38,673 nt of DNA. Origin: Bacilli bacterium. Its GTDB lineage: Bacteria > Bacillota > Bacilli > Paenibacillales > DASWUO01. The DNA lies in the NCBI GenBank assembly GCA_036401615.1, contig DASWUO010000059.1, positions 1-38,673 on the forward strand. The letters are read 5' to 3'. The notes under the pieces were generated by a model that saw only the letters and a program-made list of their open reading frames with translations, was not told the origin of the DNA and ran no database searches. Below, in pieces: positions 16,789-26,120 of this stretch; the stretch's first letter is position 1; each line of letters opens with the position of its first letter. The position numbers and the translations under genes are program-made.

Positions 16789-18027
16789 ATGGAAGAAAAA
16801 AGTTTTTTAAAAAGCGGCCACAAGCCATCATTGTTCAGTTCTTTTCTTTATTTCGACATCAGTTTTATGGTTTGGGTGCTAATGGGTCCACTGGCAGTTG
16901 TGATTATGAGCGATTTTCAAATGGATGCAGCGCAAAAAGCTAATTTAGTTGCTCTTCCAATTTTAGGCGGTTCCATTCTTCGATTGGTGCTTGGTTGGAT
17001 GACGGATTATATCGGTCCCAAAAAGACTGGACAAATTGGTTTAATTGTTACCATGATCCCTTTAGTAATGGCTTGGCAATTTGTGGAGACTTTAAGCGGA
17101 TTGTATATCACTGCATTATTGCTGGGTGTTGCCGGAGCGAGTTTCGCGGCTGCCTTGCCGCTGGCAAGCCGTTGGTATCCGCCGCAGCATCAGGGTTTGG
17201 CGATGGGCATAGCCGGAGCGGGAAACAGCGGCACGATTATTACTACGCTGTTCGCTAATCGAATTGCCCAGCATTATGGGGATTGGCATATAGTCTTTGG
17301 ATTCGCCCTGATTCCTGTGGTTCTGACCTTTATAGCTTTTACCTTATTGGCTAAGGATAGCCCGGATCAGCCTGCACCCAAGAAGTTTGCCGACTATGCC
17401 GTCGTTCTAAAACAAAAGGATACTTGGTTATTCTGTATGCTCTATAGTGTCACCTTCGGCGGATTTGTGGGGATGGCAAGTTATTTAACGATATTTTTTA
17501 ATACTCAATATGGCTTGGCTCCAATTGCTGCTGCAAATTTTACAACAATCTGCGTCATTGCGGGCAGTTTCTTCCGCCCGGTAGGCGGGTGGCTTTCCGA
17601 TAAAGTTGGCGGCATTCGGATGTTGACAATTCTTTATCTAGGCATTGCCCTGATGCTTGCCGGAGTTTCCACTTTGCCTGCGCTTGGACTTACTACTGCG
17701 ATGCTTTTTGTCGGGATGATGTGTATGGGGATGGGGAATGGCGCAGTATTCCAACTAGTACCGCAGCGGTTTAAGCAGGAAATTGGGATTATGACAGGAA
17801 TTGTTGGAGCGGCTGGAGGCCTTGGGGGATATTTCTTGCCTAAGATATTAGGAAACTTAAAGCTGTCCTCCGGTTCTTTCACTCCTGGGTTTCTGGTACT
17901 TAGTGTCATTGCCGTCAGCTGCATTGGGATCCTCCTTATTGCGCAAGGCCAATGGAAGAAAACCTGGATCGGCCAAGGCGGAAAAGCCAAGAAAGATGTG
18001 GTTGGGGCGCAAGTACAAGCCAGTTAG
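16789..18027 (+). CDS. nasA: MFS nitrate/nitrite transporter (NarK/NasA type)
   Basis: 12-TM MFS with NarK-like Gly-rich motifs (GGSILRLVLGWMTDYIGPKK, GIAGAGNSG). I moved the start to ATG 16789 (AAGGGAG 8 nt upstream) because the track ATG 16729 lies inside the terminator stem. Confidence 0.9.
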   Translation: MEEKSFLKSGHKPSLFSSFLYFDISFMVWVLMGPLAVVIMSDFQMDAAQKANLVALPILGGSILRLVLGWMTDYIGPKKTGQIGLIVTMIPLVMAWQFVETLSGLYITALLLGVAGASFAAALPLASRWYPPQHQGLAMGIAGAGNSGTIITTLFANRIAQHYGDWHIVFGFALIPVVLTFIAFTLLAKDSPDQPAPKKFADYAVVLKQKDTWLFCMLYSVTFGGFVGMASYLTIFFNTQYGLAPIAAANFTTICVIAGSFFRPVGGWLSDKVGGIRMLTILYLGIALMLAGVSTLPALGLTTAMLFVGMMCMGMGNGAVFQLVPQRFKQEIGIMTGIVGAAGGLGGYFLPKILGNLKLSSGSFTPGFLVLSVIAVSCIGILLIAQGQWKKTWIGQGGKAKKDVVGAQVQAS

Positions 18028-18052
18028 TAAATTAAAAGGAGCTGAAATCACC

Positions 18053-20473
18053 ATGGTACAGATGAAGAAGTTAGTTCTCATAGGAAACGGAATGGCAGGG
18101 GTCAACACAGTTGAACATATCTTGAAATTAGCGCCGAATAAATTTGATATTACGATTTTCGGTACTGAACCTCACCCCAATTACAACCGCATCCTGCTTT
18201 CCTACGTGCTTTCAGGCGATTCCAGTGTTAATGATATTGTTATCAACAGCTATGAATGGTATGAATCCAATGGAATTACCCTCTATACGGACCACACTGT
18301 AACTGAAATTAACACTGAGCAACAAACCGTTACCAGCAATCAAGGAGTTTGTGTTGCTTATGATCAACTTATTATCGCAACCGGGTCCAATCCCTTTATG
18401 CTTCCCCTGCCTGGTGCAGATAAAGAAGGCGTCATGGCTTACCGTACAATACAGGATTGCGAGAAGATGATTGAAGCCTCTAAAACATTAAAAAAAGCCA
18501 TTGTTATCGGCGGCGGTTTACTTGGTCTGGAAGCGGCAAGAGGCTTTCTGAATTTAGGCATGAAAGTCGATGTCGTGCATATTTGCGGCTCTATTATGGA
18601 ACGCCAACTGGATCCAACAGCCTCCAGCATGTTGCGTGAAGCTTTAGAGGCACAAGGAATGAACTTTTTGCTGGAAAAACAATCTGCAGAAATCATCGGA
18701 AACGAGCATGTCACCGGGCTTAAATTTAAAGACGGCACTAAAGCCGACGGCGATTTAATCGTTATGGCTGTTGGGATCAGACCAAATGTAGAGTTGGCTA
18801 AAAGAGCCGGTATTGAAGTCAATCCTGGAATTGTTGTCGATGACTATCTTCGAACCAATATTCCCAATGTATACGCAGTAGGTGAATGCGCCCAGCACCG
18901 CGGGATCGCATACGGCTTGGTAGCCCCTCTGTATGAGCAAGGTGCGGTTCTCGCTAAACATATTACTGAAGTAGAAACGGCACCGTATGAAGGATCCATT
19001 CTCTATACCAAACTTAAAGTATCCGGTGTAGATGTTTTCTCGGGCGGTCAATTTATGGAAAGCCCCGGAACCAAAGCCATTCGCATCCATGACGAATTTG
19101 CCGGAATTTATAAAAAAGTGCTGATCAAGGAAAATAAAATCATCGGGGCTGTTTTATTCGGAGACACTTCCGATGGAACCAGACTGATGCAGATGATTCG
19201 TAATCAAACGGATATCAGCGGCTATGATAAAACAGCCCTTCTTATTGAAACAGGAGGCAACACCAACGACTCCTCGAACGTTGCGGAAATGACGGATGAT
19301 AGCATTATTTGCGGCTGCAACGGCGTAAGCAAAGGTACCATTTGTTCAGCGATCAAAACCCAAGGTTTATCTACTGTAGAAGAAGTAAAGAATTGCACTA
19401 CAGCTTCACGCTCGTGCGGGGGCTGCAAGCCGCTCGTCAGTGATTTATTAGCTTATACACTTGGTGATCAATATGATAAAACGGCAGTGAAAGAATCAAT
19501 GTGTGGATGCACCACATTGTCCCGTGATGAAATTCTTGAGCAAATCCGTGAAAAAGAATTATTACACATTCGCGAAGTCATGAACGTACTTGAATGGAAG
19601 ACCGCGGAAGGCTGTTCCAAATGCAGACCTGCCCTTAATTACTACCTTGCCATGATCAATCCGACAGAATATGTGGATGACAGCACTTCCCGTTTTGTCA
19701 ACGAACGGATGCACGCTAATATTCAAAAAGATGGCACCTACTCTGTTATCCCGCGCATTTATGGCGGAGTGACCAACCCTGCCGAGCTTAAACGCATTGC
19801 TGAGGTGGCCGAGAAATTTAACATCCCTACAGTAAAATTTACAGGAGGCCAGCGTCTTGATCTGCTGGGTGTGAAGAAAGAAGATTTGACCCAAGTTTGG
19901 GAAGCACTTGATATGCCTTCCGGTTATGCTTATGGCAAAGCTTTACGAACGGTCAAAACATGTGTAGGCCAGGATTATTGCCGCTTTGGCACCGCAGATT
20001 CCATGGGTATGGGAATACGGATGGAAAAACGCTTTGAACGTTTAAACACACCCGCTAAAGTGAAGATGGCCGTATCCGGTTGTCCGCGAAATTGTGCAGA
20101 GTCCGGAATTAAGGATTTAGGAGTTGTTGCCATTGATGGCGGCTGGGAGCTCTATGCCGGCGGTAATGGAGGAGTAAAGATACGTGCAGGCGATCTCCTT
20201 GCAACTGTAAAAACGGAAGACGAGGTCATCGAATATACCGAGGCTTATTTACAATATTATCGAGAGACTGCCATTTATTTAGAAAGAACCTCAGATTGGG
20301 TAAAACGTGTTGGCATTCAACCTATCCGGGATGTTATCCTGGATGCTGAAAAACGGATTGGACTTTGTGATAGAATGAATACTGTCTTATCTGTAACAAC
20401 GGATCCTTGGAAAGAGGCAATTGATAACGAAAAAATTCAAAAAGACTTATACGAGGTTATTGAAATAAAATAG
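18053..20473 (+). CDS. nasD: Assimilatory NAD(P)H nitrite reductase large subunit
   Basis: FAD/NAD fold (KLVLIGNGMAG), two BFD-like 2Fe-2S modules (CGCNGVSKG..CGGC and CGCTTLSRD..CSKC), and siroheme/4Fe-4S cysteines (CVGQDYCRFG, SGCPRNCAES). Start set to ATG 18053 after the nasA stop, behind AAAGGAG. Confidence 0.93.
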   Translation: MVQMKKLVLIGNGMAGVNTVEHILKLAPNKFDITIFGTEPHPNYNRILLSYVLSGDSSVNDIVINSYEWYESNGITLYTDHTVTEINTEQQTVTSNQGVCVAYDQLIIATGSNPFMLPLPGADKEGVMAYRTIQDCEKMIEASKTLKKAIVIGGGLLGLEAARGFLNLGMKVDVVHICGSIMERQLDPTASSMLREALEAQGMNFLLEKQSAEIIGNEHVTGLKFKDGTKADGDLIVMAVGIRPNVELAKRAGIEVNPGIVVDDYLRTNIPNVYAVGECAQHRGIAYGLVAPLYEQGAVLAKHITEVETAPYEGSILYTKLKVSGVDVFSGGQFMESPGTKAIRIHDEFAGIYKKVLIKENKIIGAVLFGDTSDGTRLMQMIRNQTDISGYDKTALLIETGGNTNDSSNVAEMTDDSIICGCNGVSKGTICSAIKTQGLSTVEEVKNCTTASRSCGGCKPLVSDLLAYTLGDQYDKTAVKESMCGCTTLSRDEILEQIREKELLHIREVMNVLEWKTAEGCSKCRPALNYYLAMINPTEYVDDSTSRFVNERMHANIQKDGTYSVIPRIYGGVTNPAELKRIAEVAEKFNIPTVKFTGGQRLDLLGVKKEDLTQVWEALDMPSGYAYGKALRTVKTCVGQDYCRFGTADSMGMGIRMEKRFERLNTPAKVKMAVSGCPRNCAESGIKDLGVVAIDGGWELYAGGNGGVKIRAGDLLATVKTEDEVIEYTEAYLQYYRETAIYLERTSDWVKRVGIQPIRDVILDAEKRIGLCDRMNTVLSVTTDPWKEAIDNEKIQKDLYEVIEIK

Positions 20474-20516
20474 GTTGACTCGAGAACATATAAGGTAACG
20501 AAGGGAATGATCAGCC

Positions 20517-20861
20517 ATGAGTTTACAGACAGCGACTGCAATATGGGTAGAAGTTGCCTCCTACGATGAACTTCCTGTGAACACAGGTAAGACCGTGCGT
20601 TATCAGGGGCAAGAGGTGGCGTTATTCAAACTAAGCAACGGCAATCTCAAGGCGATTGAAAATCGATGTCCCCATAAGAATGGCGTCCTTGCTGAGGGGA
20701 TCGTATGCGATGACCATGTATTCTGCCCCATGCATGACCGCAAAATCCAACTTTCGACAGGGCTGGTACAAGCGCCTGATACGGGATGTGTAAAAACTTA
20801 TAATGTGACTGTAAAAGAGGGTAAAGTGTATATTGAATTTACAAAGGCGACTTTTTCATAA
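20517..20861 (+). CDS. nasE: Nitrite reductase small subunit (Rieske-like)
   Basis: 114 aa with CPHKNG...CPMHD Rieske-type ligands, immediately downstream of nasD. Confidence 0.9.
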   Translation: MSLQTATAIWVEVASYDELPVNTGKTVRYQGQEVALFKLSNGNLKAIENRCPHKNGVLAEGIVCDDHVFCPMHDRKIQLSTGLVQAPDTGCVKTYNVTVKEGKVYIEFTKATFS

Positions 20862-20876
20862 CTGGGGTGATTTGAA

Positions 20877-23048
20877 ATGACTACTATAAATTCGACAGCG
20901 TCCTTATCCCAAACTTTACTTCCAGCCTTATCTTCTATTAAAACATCCCATTGTTGTTTTTGCAGCATGCAGTGCGAAATACAATTAGAGCCGAGCGATA
21001 AGGAACCCGGGCTAGTTGTTAAACCAAGCCCGGATTTCCCTGTTGCTACAGGGCGGCTCTGTCAAAAAGGATTTAATGTTCTGGATCATGTGCTGCATCC
21101 TTCTCGAATAACCGTCCCCCTAAAGAGGAGAAATACTGAAACTGGAAGTGTTCCCAATGAGTTCGCTGAAAAATATAACCCTGCCGTGTGGCAGCAAAAC
21201 GATTGGAATACAACACTAACAGAAATTGCCTCGAAAATAAAAGCAATTCAAGCTGATCATGGGCATAATTCAGTTGCTGTATACGGCGGCGGTTCCGTAA
21301 CCAATGAAGTTTGTTATTTGCTCGGCAAATTTACAAGAGTTGCCCTCCGATCCAAATATATAGATTATAACGGGCGATTTTGTATGTCTTCTGCTGCTGC
21401 AGCCGCGAATAAGGCATTTGGCGCCGATCGCGGTATGACAATGCCATTATCGGAAATACCAAAAGCCAAGTATATCCTGCTGGCTGGAACTAATATTGCC
21501 GAATGCCAACCTACCCTAATGCCTTACCTAATGGAAGCTAAGAAAAGCGGGGCAACCATCGTTACGATAGATCCCCGCCATACGATGACCTCCAAACTTG
21601 CCGATATTCACGTCCGCCTTCAACCCGGCTTTGACTCTGTCTTTGTTAACGGCTTACTCCATGTGATCATATCGGAGAAGTTGTATAACTCACCTTATGT
21701 TGAATTGCACACAAATGGATTAACCCAACTGATGGAAGCTGTAAAATCTTTCACACCGGCTCGGGTTGAGGCCCTTACTGGTGTACTAGAAGCCGTTATC
21801 CGGACTATCGCCCGCGGTTTCGCAAATGCTGAAACAGGAATGGTTCTAACTGCCCGCGGCCTTGAGCAGCAAGTGAATGGTGTAGAAAACACACTAAATT
21901 ATATCAATCTGAGCTTGCTTACGGGCAAGATGGGTAAGCCCGGCTGCGGTTTTGGCTCCATTACGGGTCAAGCCAATGGCCAAGGAGGGCGGGAGCACGG
22001 GCAGAAGGCCGACCAACTCCCGGGTTACAGGCTTATAGAGGACCCGGCCGCTCGGGAGCACGTGGCTAAAGTCTGGGGTATCCACCCTGATGAACTCCCC
22101 GGGAAAGGTGTCTCTGCCTATGAAATGATTCAAAAAATAGATCAAGGTGAAATAAAGGCGATGATTGTCCTCGGATCCAATCCCGTCGTTTCCTGTCCAA
22201 ACAGTCATTTTGTTGAGCAAGCTTTAAAAAAGTTAGAGCTGTTGGTTGTGGTTGACTTATTCGAAACCGAAACTGCCGCCTATGCCCACTGGCTTCTTCC
22301 CGGCTCCTCCTTTCTTGAAGGCGAAGGCACACTGACGAATCTCGAAGGACGTGTATTTCATCGGCCTCAAGCGCTGGACTTACCCGGCGAAACCAAGCTT
22401 GATTATAAATTGATTTGTGAATTGGCTGAATACTTGGGTCGGGGGGATTTCTTCCAGTATAACTCCATTGAAGATGTATTTAATGAACTTACGGCTGCTA
22501 CTGCCGGAGGCATTGCAGATTACAGCGGCATCACTTATCAGCGATTAATAGAAGAAAAGGGCGTATTCTGGCCCTGTCCTTCTGAAAACCACCCGGGTAC
22601 CCCTACCATGTTCATTCATGGTTTTTACCACCCCGATGGGAAAGCAAAGCTATTTGGTATAGAGCCCCAGATGCCCGCTGAACCGATTGACCGGGAATAT
22701 CCTTATATTCTTACTACTGGTCGGGTGGCTAATCATTATCTAAGCGGAGTCCAAACACGGCGTTCCCCGGGGTTAAATAAGAAAGCTCCGGTCCCTGTTG
22801 CCGAAATCCACCCATGGTTAGCCAAGAAGATTGGCCTCGGCATAGAAAGCAAGATTCGCATCACCAGCCGGCGCGGCTCTCTTATTGTTCAAGCAAAGAT
22901 TTCAGAATCCATCCAACCCCAAACCGTATTTGTCCCCTTTCACTGGGGAGGGGAATTGTCGATTAACCGCCTCACCAATGATGCCCTTGATCCCACCAGC
23001 CGGATGCCGGAATTTAAGATTTGTGCCGTACAGATCGAGTCCACTTAA
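20877..23048 (+). CDS. nasC: Assimilatory nitrate reductase catalytic subunit (molybdopterin oxidoreductase)
   Basis: N-terminal 4Fe-4S motif HCCFCSMQC...RLCQKG, a MopB core and a C-terminal molybdopterin dinucleotide-binding barrel. No signal or Tat motif, so it is cytoplasmic. Confidence 0.9.
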   Translation: MTTINSTASLSQTLLPALSSIKTSHCCFCSMQCEIQLEPSDKEPGLVVKPSPDFPVATGRLCQKGFNVLDHVLHPSRITVPLKRRNTETGSVPNEFAEKYNPAVWQQNDWNTTLTEIASKIKAIQADHGHNSVAVYGGGSVTNEVCYLLGKFTRVALRSKYIDYNGRFCMSSAAAAANKAFGADRGMTMPLSEIPKAKYILLAGTNIAECQPTLMPYLMEAKKSGATIVTIDPRHTMTSKLADIHVRLQPGFDSVFVNGLLHVIISEKLYNSPYVELHTNGLTQLMEAVKSFTPARVEALTGVLEAVIRTIARGFANAETGMVLTARGLEQQVNGVENTLNYINLSLLTGKMGKPGCGFGSITGQANGQGGREHGQKADQLPGYRLIEDPAAREHVAKVWGIHPDELPGKGVSAYEMIQKIDQGEIKAMIVLGSNPVVSCPNSHFVEQALKKLELLVVVDLFETETAAYAHWLLPGSSFLEGEGTLTNLEGRVFHRPQALDLPGETKLDYKLICELAEYLGRGDFFQYNSIEDVFNELTAATAGGIADYSGITYQRLIEEKGVFWPCPSENHPGTPTMFIHGFYHPDGKAKLFGIEPQMPAEPIDREYPYILTTGRVANHYLSGVQTRRSPGLNKKAPVPVAEIHPWLAKKIGLGIESKIRITSRRGSLIVQAKISESIQPQTVFVPFHWGGELSINRLTNDALDPTSRMPEFKICAVQIEST

Positions 23049-23143
23049 GGATCCTCTGACTCAAATTTATCTATATTAATTGATTAATTTCCGATATAAT
23101 AAATGGATACTGCATATCATTATATATGGGGAGGAAGTTAACA

Positions 23144-23704
23144 ATGGAGGGTATAGAGGATAGAAAAATATTTGTTTTTACCGGCCCGGATGGATCCGGC
23201 CGCAAAACCGTTGCCCATCACGCAGGAACTTCACACCAATTAAAAAGAGTTTTATCCTATACTACCCGACCAAGCAGGTCTTATGAGACAGACGGCATAG
23301 ATTACCATTTTATCACCCGGGAGCAATTTATCGAGGCTGACCAGAATGGGGAATTTATCGAAACCCTGGAGATTGAAGGGGTTTACTACGGAATCAAATC
23401 CAAAGAAATTGAAGATATGTTTCAGAAGCATCCTTACGTATACCTTATCTTAAACCGCCAGGGTTCGGATCTGGTGAAGGCGGTTTTTGGGGATCAAGTA
23501 GTACGTATCTTGATTTACGCCGATCGCAATAAGGTCATGAGCCGATTGTTGGAGCGGGGAGATACGACGGAGATTATTTATAAAAACATGGCTCGTTATG
23601 AAGAGGAAATGGCTTATTTGAAACAATGCGATTACAATGTTGAAAATTATGAGTTAGAAGAAACCGTTGAAGAAGTTACTGAGATTTTAAAAAAATATAT
23701 TTAA
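23144..23704 (+). CDS. Guanylate-kinase-family paralogue with atypical P-loop
   Basis: SYTTRPSRSYETDGIDYHFITREQF matches the GMP-binding block of Gmk. The P-loop reads GPDGSGRKT rather than GPSGxGK(G/S)T. Start set to ATG 23144, 6 nt after GGGGAGGAAG; the track start is 23126. Confidence 0.68.
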   Translation: MEGIEDRKIFVFTGPDGSGRKTVAHHAGTSHQLKRVLSYTTRPSRSYETDGIDYHFITREQFIEADQNGEFIETLEIEGVYYGIKSKEIEDMFQKHPYVYLILNRQGSDLVKAVFGDQVVRILIYADRNKVMSRLLERGDTTEIIYKNMARYEEEMAYLKQCDYNVENYELEETVEEVTEILKKYI

Positions 23705-23708
23705 CAAC

Positions 23709-23743
23709 AACCCTGTTATCCGCCAATAAGCGCTAACAGGGTT
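23709..23743. terminator. Hairpin between convergent genes (weak U-tracts on both sides)
   Basis: AACCCTGTTA-15 nt-TAACAGGGTT, a 10-bp perfect stem. Confidence 0.45.
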
Positions 23744-23762
23744 CCTTATGTTCCTCATGCAT

Positions 23763-24134
23763 TTAAATCAACCCGCCGGCTTCTTCCACAATCTGCTTGG
23801 CTTGATCAAACTTGTTCTCTTCCATTACTACTGTTAATAGAATATCTCTTGCCCCATTCTGTCCACCTTGGCCGCCATCACTCATTCCGCTTGCGTCTAC
23901 ATCAGCTGCGAGAAGGATGCCTTCACTTCTGGAGTCAACATTCGCCCCCAAAGTCAGTTTGCCAAGGCTGGATATGTTTCCGGTTGCCGGGTTCATCTGC
24001 CTCTCGATGCCTTCACCGGGGTTTTTGCTGAAGTGATCGATACTTATGTCTAGGACCTGAAGGTCTTTCAATTTAGCGGCTGCGCTTTCCGCCTCGGTTT
24101 CACTTTTGAAAAAAGCCAGGATGTTTTTTTCCAA
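23763..24134 (-). CDS. Hypothetical protein, 123 aa
   Basis: TTG start with AAAGGAG 8 nt upstream. Acidic and Gly-rich, with no motif I can name with confidence. Confidence 0.5.
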   Translation of the reverse strand: MEKNILAFFKSETEAESAAAKLKDLQVLDISIDHFSKNPGEGIERQMNPATGNISSLGKLTLGANVDSRSEGILLAADVDASGMSDGGQGGQNGARDILLTVVMEENKFDQAKQIVEEAGGLI

Positions 24135-24250
24135 GTGTTTATTCTCCTTTGTGAAATATGTACTTTATCTTAATTTATATATTGTTTTCCATAATTAGGT
24201 GCGTTATTCACTAATTTCGGACAAAGGCTAGAGTTCAATTTTAAGACAGC

Positions 24251-24277
24251 GTCTTTTTTAGACCTTAACTCTCAAAA
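24251..24277 (+). repeat. Direct repeat copy 1 (GTCTTTTTTAGACCT core)
   Basis: GTCTTTTTTAGACCTTAACTCTCAAAA. The second copy lies 113 bp downstream. Confidence 0.6.
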
Positions 24278-24363
24278 TAAATAAAATATGGAAGAAGCAA
24301 GGGTCAAAAAGGGACTTATACATTGTTGAGAACCCTTATACAAGGCCGTTTCTGAATCATAAA

Positions 24364-24390
24364 GTCTTTTTTAGACCTAATAACTCAAAC
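24364..24390 (+). repeat. Direct repeat copy 2
   Basis: GTCTTTTTTAGACCTAATAACTCAAAC. It shares an identical 15-nt core with copy 1. Confidence 0.6.
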
Positions 24391-24475
24391 CCGAGGTGTA
24401 ATTAAGTTACTAAGGTCCAAGTGGACACTTATACAGAGAAATTCCTCAAATTAAGTGGTCTCTGACAAAAAAATA

Positions 24476-25330
24476 TTACATCCGCATCGTGATCATATTG
24501 CCGGAACTGTATCGGCGCAAACCTTTGTAAAAGAACCAAATTCCTCCAACCGTTAAGGCGGCCGCGACTCCGCAAGCTCCAAGTATAAAATCCATCTGAA
24601 CACCGCGAAGCAGGCCAATCGGCAAATAGCTGATAAATCCCGCCGGGATCACCGTAAAAAGAACTACACGACCCCAACCATGGAAAATATCTGTAGGATA
24701 TGTGGAGAAAGCCAGCAGGCAATTAAATAACTGGTAGCTTATCCCCTCCGCATTGCCTATATAGAATGCAAGGGTATGGGCTATAAGGATGAAAAATAAA
24801 AAGATCAGCGCAGACACCAGCAGGGCCAGGATAAATTTTAAAATACCCATAAAGCTCGTATCTCCGAAAAAAACAAAAATGAGGATGGCAAACACAAAAT
24901 CACCAATAGCCGACAAAGACATTCGACTAACCAGGACATGCAGTAAAACTGGCTTGGGCTGTGCCAAATAGGTGTCGAGCTGTCCGGTTGCAATCAATCT
25001 GGCCATCATCATCGTGTTGCCGAACAAAACCGCCATTAATCCATAACCCCCGGCGCTCACAGCCCACATCATCATCACATCTTCCAGAACCCAACCATTC
25101 ACTACAGGAAACCGCGTGAAAAAAATGCTCCAGAAGAAGATCCAGACGAAGTTATTGATCATCATCATACCCGCCGTCAGAAAAAAGCTTAACCGAAACT
25201 CCAGCGCACCCGCCAGATTAAGCTTCCAACAGGTCCACACAAAAATAAAAAGTTTAAGCATTTTGTTCAACCTTCCTGTGAAAGGCCGGCCTTCTTGTTC
25301 AAAAATCCTATCCTCACCCCCCGTTGACAT
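24476..25330 (-). CDS. ABC-2 family transporter permease
   Basis: 284 aa polytopic membrane protein, overlapping the upstream permease gene. Third gene of the ATPase plus two-permease unit. Confidence 0.78.
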   Translation of the reverse strand: MSTGGEDRIFEQEGRPFTGRLNKMLKLFIFVWTCWKLNLAGALEFRLSFFLTAGMMMINNFVWIFFWSIFFTRFPVVNGWVLEDVMMMWAVSAGGYGLMAVLFGNTMMMARLIATGQLDTYLAQPKPVLLHVLVSRMSLSAIGDFVFAILIFVFFGDTSFMGILKFILALLVSALIFLFFILIAHTLAFYIGNAEGISYQLFNCLLAFSTYPTDIFHGWGRVVLFTVIPAGFISYLPIGLLRGVQMDFILGACGVAAALTVGGIWFFYKGLRRYSSGNMITMRM

Positions 25331-26120
25331 TTAGCTTATTCACTCCTTTCCTGAACATCATCATTAAGCAACCACCAAGAACCATGATCCAGATCAATTG
25401 AATTCCGAGCATTGTAAGCATCATGCCTCCGTCAAATTTCACGGCCGTTTTGGCCGGAAAGTACAGAATCGCTTGAAAGGGAAGCCATGAGCAAATTTGC
25501 TGCAACCATACGGGAAACACTTCCAAGGGCATAAGCATGCCGCCGATCGTAAACAAAAATTTGTGGTAAACAAACTCCAGCCCTCTCGTCTCTTCCACCC
25601 AGAAAGAGCAAAGAGCAACCATCATATTCATGATAAAATTTATACTTAATGCACCAATGGCCACTATTAAAAATCCCAACCAACCTAACCCAAATTCCGG
25701 CCAGCCTAGTACTAAAAAGCCTAATATTCCGCCAATCAATAGATTAATCATCAAGCGGAAAGCCACTTCTCCCAGATAACTGACAAAATGAAAACCAATA
25801 TAGCTCACAGGACGGATCAGTTTATAAGCGACATCACCGCTTTTGACCTCTTCTTCGATTTTTGCCGACATACTGGGACACGCCATGGTAATGGATTCAG
25901 CAAAAATCAAATACCAGATGATTTGTTCGAAGCTGTAACCGGCAATTTGCGGCAACCCTTCTCCATCAAAAGTTGTACTCCACAATTGGATAAAAATATA
26001 CAAAATGATCACCAGAAAAATCGAACGAACGAGAAAATCCGTGATATAAACCAATTGATTGTTTAGGGTTACCCTGCCCACCGAGACGTATTTTGCGGTT
26101 TTTAATAAGATGGTGTTCAA
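25314..26120 (-). CDS. ABC-2 family transporter permease
   Basis: 268 aa polytopic membrane protein. Its start overlaps the ATPase stop. Confidence 0.78.
   Translation of the reverse strand: MNTILLKTAKYVSVGRVTLNNQLVYITDFLVRSIFLVIILYIFIQLWSTTFDGEGLPQIAGYSFEQIIWYLIFAESITMACPSMSAKIEEEVKSGDVAYKLIRPVSYIGFHFVSYLGEVAFRLMINLLIGGILGFLVLGWPEFGLGWLGFLIVAIGALSINFIMNMMVALCSFWVEETRGLEFVYHKFLFTIGGMLMPLEVFPVWLQQICSWLPFQAILYFPAKTAVKFDGGMMLTMLGIQLIWIMVLGGCLMMMFRKGVNKLNVNGG

Noticed and set aside
17903-18052. N-terminal 50 codons of the track nitrite reductase ORF
   Set aside because: It overlaps the end of nasA in another frame with a basic, non-protein-like sequence. ATG 18053 follows an SD and begins the Rossmann fold directly.
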